This document shows positions 57,834-64,000 of a stretch of 64,000 bases of DNA, in pieces. Where the stretch lies: the sequence record MK310184; one strand, given 5' to 3'. Under the pieces are notes generated by a model. That model was not told the origin of the DNA and made no database searches. It was given only the letters and a program-made list of their open reading frames with translations. A program made the position numbers and the translations under genes. The first letter of the stretch is position 1. Each line of letters begins with the position of its first letter. This stretch comes from Phage NC-G.

Positions 57834-57862
57834 ACTATACCACGTGAGGAGAGGAAGTAAAC
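57834..57862 (-). promoter_or_regulatory. Early promoter cassette
   Basis: GTTTAC, 17 nt, TATAGT; flanked by inverted repeat CTCCTCATGTG / CACGTGAGGAG. Confidence 0.6.
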
Positions 57863-57863
57863 A

Positions 57864-58181
57864 CTAATCTTCAATTAAATCTCGGTCATAACCAAGTTCA
57901 ATCAAAAGGGATTTGAAGGCAGGAATATTTTCTATTTTCTTATTATCGACAAATATGACAGGATAGCGTATCGCTAAGCTCTTGAAGCCGCCGCGTTTGG
58001 CCAATGATACTATAAGAGGCTTGTCATATACTGCACCTGACGGCGCCTGGTTAATCACAGGATAGAAAGTATATTGAATGGAAAGGGAATTTAGGAGCGA
58101 TAGAACTGCAATGCACCCTGGACAGCGCATGACTGTCTCAGGGATACCGTAGATTTCGATTTTAGTTGACTTTTGGTCCAC
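57864..58181 (-). CDS. Glutaredoxin/thioredoxin-fold protein with CPGC (NrdH-like position)
   Basis: KIEIYGIPETVMRCPGC; probable GTG start after AAGGAG; track ORF is 5'-extended. Confidence 0.45.
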   Translation of the reverse strand: MDQKSTKIEIYGIPETVMRCPGCIAVLSLLNSLSIQYTFYPVINQAPSGAVYDKPLIVSLAKRGGFKSLAIRYPVIFVDNKKIENIPAFKSLLIELGYDRDLIED

Positions 58182-58458
58182 AGGAAATAACTCCTTGGTA
58201 GTCCCAAGTTTTGATAACTTCGTCGTCATTAGTTCCGTACGGAACGTAAATCTGGATAAGGAACCCGGTATCATCAAAAGAGAAGTAGACCGTAGGTTTA
58301 ATACCATGAATCTCTGATAAAGCGTAGATGTCCTTGAGGTCGTCTTCCTTACCTTTAAAGAATTCAGGGTTCAGGTCGCAGTCATGGAAGTACCAATCAT
58401 CACCGAACTTGTCCCATGCGGTCCAATTCAAAGCTACATATTCTTCAAAACGTTTCAT
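58162..58458 (-). CDS. Hypothetical protein
   Basis: 98-aa ORF. Confidence 0.45.
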   Translation of the reverse strand: MKRFEEYVALNWTAWDKFGDDWYFHDCDLNPEFFKGKEDDLKDIYALSEIHGIKPTVYFSFDDTGFLIQIYVPYGTNDDEVIKTWDYQGVISCGPKVN

Positions 58459-58682
58459 TCTTTCACCTTCACCATTTTTGCTATAACACTATGAACAGCC
58501 TGGATTCGTTTGTTGAACTCAGACCCTTCAAGACCCTTTTCAGTACTCAGCGCACCAATCATCACAAACAGCAATCCAAATGGGATAACCAGGATTAAAA
58601 GGCACACAATAAACAGGACAAATGTAATATTGGCCAAGATATCAGAGACAGCATTACGAAATTTATTCATACGATAGTCCAT
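58455..58682 (-). CDS. Small membrane protein
   Basis: 75 aa with one long hydrophobic segment. Confidence 0.4.
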   Translation of the reverse strand: MDYRMNKFRNAVSDILANITFVLFIVCLLILVIPFGLLFVMIGALSTEKGLEGSEFNKRIQAVHSVIAKMVKVKE

Positions 58683-58776
58683 GTATTAGTTACAACAAAT
58701 AACCATTGAGCAGGATACTCAACACCCATGCGCCGGATAATATCATTCATAGATTCGGTTAAGGCATAAAAATTAA

Positions 58777-59250
58777 TCATTTAAGCGATTTCCTCAGTTG
58801 TTTTTTAAATGAATCAACCATTTGTTTCTTTGTGTCAGATTCATTATAAGTCATTCCGTGTGAAAGCATTTCAGCAATCATTTCTTCCTTACCTAATCTA
58901 CTGAACTCTTTGGTTTTATCAGGAACGAAATTAGGATGGATATTGTTTTCGGTATAATCAGCTTTTAGATAGACCAGCAAATTCTCTAACCATTCGAGGT
59001 AGTCAACGTTTTGACCTTTAAGACCAGAACGGTTGAACTTATGCTTCATTTGTCCTTCTGCAGCATTGCACAGGTTACATAGTAAACCACGAACCTTACC
59101 GGCTTTTGGCCCGTTCAATTCATGGTCGTGGTCAAGGTGGTTACTTTGAACATCAGGGTTTAATTCACGTTTACAAATCAAACACTTACCATGTTGTGCA
59201 TCATAAAGTTTTTGTTTTTCTTCTTTGTATAGTTTGCCAGTCAACAACAT
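58777..59250 (-). CDS. 49: Endonuclease VII gp49 (Holliday junction resolvase)
   Basis: 157 aa, same length as T4 gp49; MLLTGKLYKEEKQK.YDAQ.GKCLIC.RELNPDVQ.NHLDHDHELNGPKAGKVRGLLCNLCNAAEGQMKHKF nearly identical as recalled. Confidence 0.9.
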   Translation of the reverse strand: MLLTGKLYKEEKQKLYDAQHGKCLICKRELNPDVQSNHLDHDHELNGPKAGKVRGLLCNLCNAAEGQMKHKFNRSGLKGQNVDYLEWLENLLVYLKADYTENNIHPNFVPDKTKEFSRLGKEEMIAEMLSHGMTYNESDTKKQMVDSFKKQLRKSLK

Positions 59251-59461
59251 AATAAACCCTTACCATTATTAGATAAGGGTATTTATTAAACATTATAAAA
59301 TGAGCGATGCAACCGTTTAAATTGACGAATCATCTTTTTGGTAGGACGGGTGTATAATCCTACACAGGTGGCCATAAACCGGTCGGTAGGACTTCCTTTG
59401 ATAAGAAGTTTCCAGACCTTGTCACCATTTAACTTTTCAGTATAGACTAATTTAGTTTTCA

Positions 59462-59677
59462 TCAGAACGCCTTATCAGCAAAGCGAAGTTGAGCTTCAAG
59501 CCAATGAATATAATCGGCTGCAGCTTTAATCAAATCGGATTCTAGGTCAGGTAACTTACGGGAATCCGATAACTCGTAAAGCGAATGTTCAATCAGACGG
59601 CCTTTATGTCGACCAATTTCAATTTTGGTACTCATATCCAAACTCCATATCGATGAAATCATTGTTTGAAGGTTCAT
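59462..59677 (-). CDS. Hypothetical protein
   Basis: 71-aa ORF. Confidence 0.35.
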   Translation of the reverse strand: MNLQTMISSIWSLDMSTKIEIGRHKGRLIEHSLYELSDSRKLPDLESDLIKAAADYIHWLEAQLRFADKAF

Positions 59678-59751
59678 TATACTCTATTTCGGAATCGTTG
59701 TAAACCGGTTCCTCTGGCTCGGTAGTTTCCCACCGAGCGACATACCATGGC

Positions 59752-60060
59752 TTAACGGTCACACCACCAACTTGATACTTCAAAATCAGGCTCGCCATTT
59801 TCCCAATACCAAGGGCCAACCGGATGCCAATCGCCATGCTCATCTTCTTCAAATTCTTCAGATTCTAGCCCAACGTATTGCCATTGGACTTCATAAGCAG
59901 TGCCACCGATTACAACAGTATTCTCGCCATATGGGTTAGCCACAACAAAATCAATACCTTCTGCTTTAGCCAACCAAACCATATATTCGTATAGTTTATA
60001 TTCTAGGTCATCTTCGGTACCATCACCTAGAAAAATGGTTTGTTCGTTTAACCCAATCAT
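59752..60060 (-). CDS. Hypothetical acidic protein
   Basis: 102-aa ORF. Confidence 0.4.
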   Translation of the reverse strand: MIGLNEQTIFLGDGTEDDLEYKLYEYMVWLAKAEGIDFVVANPYGENTVVIGGTAYEVQWQYVGLESEEFEEDEHGDWHPVGPWYWENGEPDFEVSSWWCDR

Positions 60061-60229
60061 AATTCCACCATAAATTCAAATAACTGGTCGCGTACACAAG
60101 TATCAGTCCAACCCCATTCGTTGGCTTCTTCTTTTAACCAATCCGGGAGATTTGCTAATACGGTTTCTTTACTAGGGACAGGAGTATCAAACTCTCCTGC
60201 ACAGGTTTCATAAGCCGTATCAAATTCGG

Positions 60230-60493
60230 TCATTTGAAATATGCTCGCAGTTGGTCAAAGCCACCAATAGAAGTTCCATCAGGGGCAAATACCTGAGGCA
60301 TAGTCAAACCTACTTGAGATTCACGTCCAAGAGCAGCCAGGAGTTCATCAATCTTCTCATCATCAAATACACCTTTTTCCGGCATCACGTTAATGAATTC
60401 ATAAGGTTGTTTCTTAACATCAAGCAGACGTTTGGCATTATCACAGAAAACACAACGGTGAATATTTGAATCATAACCATAAACTTTAAACAT
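60230..60493 (-). CDS. nrdC: Thioredoxin NrdC
   Basis: 87 aa; MFKVYGYDSNIH.CV.CDNAKRLL.VKKQP.EFIN.MPEKGVFDDEKI.ELL..LGR..Q.GLTMPQVFAPDG..IGGFDQLR.YFK matches T4 NrdC. Confidence 0.85.
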   Translation of the reverse strand: MFKVYGYDSNIHRCVFCDNAKRLLDVKKQPYEFINVMPEKGVFDDEKIDELLAALGRESQVGLTMPQVFAPDGTSIGGFDQLRAYFK

Positions 60494-60494
60494 T

Positions 60495-60746
60495 TTAAAT
60501 TCCTAATACTTGTTTGAATGCTTCAGAACGGTCAAGTTCTGTTCCATATTTTTCGAGGTGTTCGTATTTTAAATCATACACATCAGATAGTATATTATTA
60601 TACGAACGAGTTAAAGCAGATTTCAATACTGAATAACTGTCTGGGAATTTACCATGCTCTTTATAATAAGCCAAAGTAAGTTCGCGAACCGCCTTATCGG
60701 CGGCCTCTACATATTCTTTACGCTTTGCCATTTTCGTCTCGCTCAA
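60495..60746 (-). CDS. Hypothetical protein
   Basis: 83-aa ORF. Confidence 0.45.
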   Translation of the reverse strand: MSETKMAKRKEYVEAADKAVRELTLAYYKEHGKFPDSYSVLKSALTRSYNNILSDVYDLKYEHLEKYGTELDRSEAFKQVLGI

Positions 60747-60939
60747 ATTTGTGCTTACAATGTCGGCATTTATACTGAAGCGGATTATGACGCCATTGAA
60801 TCAACTGAACCTGTTCAGTTCCACATTCAGGACAGTTAGGAACATTCTTAGAAGCTCGTTCGCGACGTTCGACAATTTTAATAATTTGATTCCAATCAGG
60901 AATAGTTTGGTCGATATCATCGGCTAATTGATATTTCAT
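60718..60939 (-). CDS. Zinc-ribbon protein
   Basis: 73 aa; CPECG...CRHCKHKF. Confidence 0.45.
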   Translation of the reverse strand: MKYQLADDIDQTIPDWNQIIKIVERRERASKNVPNCPECGTEQVQLIQWRHNPLQYKCRHCKHKFERDENGKA

Positions 60940-61946
60940 TTCAACAGCTCCAGAGCTTGTTCAAGACGGTCTAAACGATTGGTAGACTCTTCCCAAAGTT
61001 TCTTGGCAGCGGTATATTGGGCAGTCAGTTTTTTGTTAATAGCAAGGGCGTCTTTATACGCTTTTTCCAGAGCAACTACTTCTGGCGGCTTGGATTTAGT
61101 AATTGGCGTAGGGACCAGTAGCCTTGGGCTATTCAGCTCATCAATCAAGTCTTCTAATGTAGCAGGCTCTTTATCGGTGTTCACAATTTCCTCACATTTT
61201 TCTTGGTAAATTTCAGCATCGGTTTTTGGAACAGGGCATTTGATTTCGCGAACTGTTACTAAAGCTTCATATCCTTTCCAACCTAACGGGTGTTTGATTT
61301 CTTGAATCTCATATTTCTCTACCGTATGCATCAAAGCTAAAGCCTGTTCTACAGTATTCAAGGTATTGTAGGAAATATCTTGGTATTTAGAAACTTCGGC
61401 TTCATCTTTAGGTTTCCAACTAGGTGACCAGATAATAGAAATATGTACTTTACCATTTTTAGCACAGGCTTTAATCATCTGGGGTGCTATTGGGTGGTTA
61501 GTACGGCAAACGCCCTTTACAAAAGTTTTGGCTGCAGCTTTAAGGATTAAAGCACTATTTGTATGAAATTCACCGGCCCAACGTAAAGGAAATAGTCCCT
61601 TAGGGTCGGCACCTTTAATTTTGATATAGCTTTTTAAAACATCACCAAACCACTGGTAGTTAACATGACTAGTGCCGCAATACTTACCTTTACCAAATCC
61701 GGAAAGGAGGTCCTTATTGACCAAGCGTGAAAGCAGTCGAGACCCTTTAAAAGTTTCAATGATATCAGAAATAAACAAGCGGCCTGCAATCTTTTCGATT
61801 TCAGATTTAAAACACCGTGACAAATCTTCATCAATTTGGTCAACCCATTTACTGATATTAGAAACTATTACCTCATACGGTGTTAATGGTGGTGTATTGG
61901 TAGTGATATACGCAGTAAAGGCTTTGATATATTCGTTACGTGTCAT
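60936..61946 (-). CDS. Hypothetical protein with C-terminal coiled coil
   Basis: Start placed at MTRNEY after GAGGAGAATATC. Confidence 0.45.
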   Translation of the reverse strand: MTRNEYIKAFTAYITTNTPPLTPYEVIVSNISKWVDQIDEDLSRCFKSEIEKIAGRLFISDIIETFKGSRLLSRLVNKDLLSGFGKGKYCGTSHVNYQWFGDVLKSYIKIKGADPKGLFPLRWAGEFHTNSALILKAAAKTFVKGVCRTNHPIAPQMIKACAKNGKVHISIIWSPSWKPKDEAEVSKYQDISYNTLNTVEQALALMHTVEKYEIQEIKHPLGWKGYEALVTVREIKCPVPKTDAEIYQEKCEEIVNTDKEPATLEDLIDELNSPRLLVPTPITKSKPPEVVALEKAYKDALAINKKLTAQYTAAKKLWEESTNRLDRLEQALELLK

Positions 61947-62004
61947 GATATTCTCCTCAGTAGATTTAGAAAGATTATACTCCACCCGTCCTTGGATGTA
62001 AACA

Positions 62005-62919
62005 TTATTTTAGAGCTAATACTGCCGCGCGGAGTTTGTCACGCTGGATTTCCATATTCTTGATGCGAATCAATACGTCTTGAATACTCTTTTTCTCATC
62101 TTCGATCTGACCGTTTAAACGGTGGATTGATTCCTGGATGTAGTCTTCATGATACTTCTCAATAGGTTTCATCGTAGGGTTAGTAACCACCATAGAATTA
62201 TCAGGTGTAATTTTCCACTGATATGGATTAGAATTGAATGGAGAAGGCACAGCGGTAGTTTTGAATTTGTCATAGGCTGCATACTGGCCTACACTGTCAC
62301 ATGATACTGCAGAGATACGACGTTCCATTTGTGGTTCCTTTTGTTGGGATTGATAAGGGGCATAAGACAAAAGATATTCTTTAGTCAATTTAATATCAAT
62401 TGCTATAGTTTTAAGGAATTTTTCTGTTTGATGGATATAATTTGTATCTTCATCAAACGTGTATGCTTCAACGGCATGACGCATATAAAACAGCGCAATA
62501 CCCATAACCTCTTTAAAGGCATCACAAAGGGCAACATCGCCTTTAGTAGTTGGCTTGAACTTAATCTGCACCCCATCATTCTTGATATTGATAATCAAGT
62601 TATTGGAGTTGAAATTATAGTTTTTGATGTTAACCGAAGCTTTACGAATACGAAGTCCGCCAGCCAGGATTTCCTTGATGCTCTTGCGAACTGTGGCACC
62701 AAACAAAAACGCCGGGCGGCGGCAGTAATCATTCAGAGAATTAATTCTTACAATACGTTGTCCATACCCCTGGGTGGCAGAACCTGATTTAATTTTGCCA
62801 AAGTTAACCAGAGAATTCATCGCGATAAGACGAGTCACACGAACATCATGTGGTTCATAACTACTAGTATATTCAGCACGAGTTTTAATTTTCATATCAT
62901 AGTCCAAATAATTTTTCAT
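62005..62919 (-). CDS. Hypothetical protein with C-terminal coiled coil
   Basis: 304-aa ORF. Confidence 0.5.
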   Translation of the reverse strand: MKNYLDYDMKIKTRAEYTSSYEPHDVRVTRLIAMNSLVNFGKIKSGSATQGYGQRIVRINSLNDYCRRPAFLFGATVRKSIKEILAGGLRIRKASVNIKNYNFNSNNLIINIKNDGVQIKFKPTTKGDVALCDAFKEVMGIALFYMRHAVEAYTFDEDTNYIHQTEKFLKTIAIDIKLTKEYLLSYAPYQSQQKEPQMERRISAVSCDSVGQYAAYDKFKTTAVPSPFNSNPYQWKITPDNSMVVTNPTMKPIEKYHEDYIQESIHRLNGQIEDEKKSIQDVLIRIKNMEIQRDKLRAAVLALK

Positions 62920-63109
62920 AGAGTTTAGCGAAAGGCCAGGTCACACACATTATAACAGCGATTATCCAAAACACAGGCCATACGAATGTTGTGAACACTG
63001 CATCATACTCGTCCCCACTTTCGTAGGGACTATCAAACTTGTGGAGCAACAGGGTAGTAATAAATCCCGTCAAAAGATAGCCAAAAATAATACTGATAAT
63101 CAAAATCAT
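62897..63109 (-). CDS. Small membrane protein
   Basis: 70 aa with two hydrophobic segments. Confidence 0.4.
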   Translation of the reverse strand: MILIISIIFGYLLTGFITTLLLHKFDSPYESGDEYDAVFTTFVWPVFWIIAVIMCVTWPFAKLYEKLFGL

Positions 63110-63110
63110 A

Positions 63111-63959
63111 TTAATCCTTAAGCAATTTAATAACGTTCATCAGTTTATGACGTTCAGCTTTCGCTGCATTGTTCAGTCCTGACAGGCGGAAAATTTCATC
63201 ATCTTGTTGCTGGATGGTGATGTTAAGTTCTTCAATCTGTTTAGTGAAAAGCTCAATTTGCTCTGAATATTTTTCATTGCTTCGCACTGGAACAGGTTCC
63301 ATTTTAGGAGCTTGTTCTGAAGGACTATCAGCTACAACTCGGTCTTTAATTTGGCATAATTTAATACGCTGGACGCCTCCAGTTTTAACATCATAAAAGG
63401 TAAGAACCCCATGATGTCCGAGTTCAGACAATGCCAAACGAAGATGGAATTTCCAGTTTTCGTATTGACATCCACTAAAAGAAGAAATACTGTATTCGCC
63501 TTCATTTTGACCTTTAATAACATTAAATAGTTTATAATCTAAAGAATTATTGGTTTTAAAGGTCATTTGTTTATCTTGACCGCTTGCTAAACGAGCACCT
63601 AATGCCAATAAACGGCGCTGGTTAGTATGAAGGTCTTTGACCACTTCATCAAATGTCATGGTGCTAATCGCACGACCATAAAGGTCATAACCTTTATTAT
63701 AATTTTTAAGTAAAATTTTGGCGTTAGCACGAGACAACATACCAGCCCTGTGAAGAGATTTCATGACTCGGTCTTCTAACGTAAATAAACCTTTAGTCTT
63801 GTCAAAGATTTTAGTGAATTCATCTACAGCAATACAAACTTCGAACTTTTCCCACATCATGGCCAAAACCTTTTCAACCACTTCTTTATTCAGTGGAATA
63901 CGACCAAATTTAATAACTTTTTTAACTTCAGAACGAATTTGATTAATTGCTTGTGACAT
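63111..63959 (-). CDS. Hypothetical protein (MSQAI N-terminus) with C-terminal coiled coil
   Basis: 282-aa ORF; shares its leader and first codons with 56339..56668. Confidence 0.5.
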   Translation of the reverse strand: MSQAINQIRSEVKKVIKFGRIPLNKEVVEKVLAMMWEKFEVCIAVDEFTKIFDKTKGLFTLEDRVMKSLHRAGMLSRANAKILLKNYNKGYDLYGRAISTMTFDEVVKDLHTNQRRLLALGARLASGQDKQMTFKTNNSLDYKLFNVIKGQNEGEYSISSFSGCQYENWKFHLRLALSELGHHGVLTFYDVKTGGVQRIKLCQIKDRVVADSPSEQAPKMEPVPVRSNEKYSEQIELFTKQIEELNITIQQQDDEIFRLSGLNNAAKAERHKLMNVIKLLKD

Positions 63960-64000
63960 AATAATTTCCTCAGTAAGTAATTAAGAACCTAGAACCATTA

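Noticed and set aside
10890-57870. Dispersed ~45-nt repeats considered as a possible CRISPR array or mobile-element terminal repeats
   Set aside because: They are not tandem or evenly spaced, lie upstream of genes in one orientation, and match sigma-70 promoter architecture; interpreted as early-promoter cassettes.

Overview
This window is a contiguous piece of a T4-like (Tevenvirinae) myovirus genome; no rRNA, tRNA or CRISPR is present. Positions 1-8205 carry plus-strand late genes: long tail fibre genes 34 (3' part), 35, 36, 37, a T2-type glycine-rich gp38 adhesin, and holin t. The remaining ~56 kb is a densely packed minus-strand early/middle region in T4 gene order: asiA, motA, 52, an stp/small-membrane-peptide array, ndd, denB, rIIB, rIIA, an unsplit gene 39, dexA, dda, two ADP-ribosyltransferases, soc, 56, 61, sp, dmd, 41, uvsX, 42, 43, regA, 62, 44, 45, 46, 47, 55, 49 and nrdC, interspersed with many small ORFs. 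Gene calls rest on recalled T4 protein sequences, motifs and synteny, not on database searches; gp43 looks RB69-like from memory. The most interesting signal is a translationally coupled operon at 39306-43480 that joins dCMP hydroxymethylase to three enzymes absent from T4 (a nucleotidyltransferase/kinase fusion, a HAD phosphatase and a thymidylate-kinase-like kinase) plus an unknown protein at the beta-gt position. Together with a homing-endonuclease-like gene at the alpha-gt position, this suggests a non-glucose hypermodification of hydroxymethylcytosine. Other notable features are a tandem duplication of the stp peptide gene with partner membrane peptides, about 15 repeated early-promoter cassettes flanked by inverted repeats, and several paralogous or recombinogenic repeats. 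Coordinates of hand-derived small ORFs, promoters and hairpins are approximate (about +/-2 nt).
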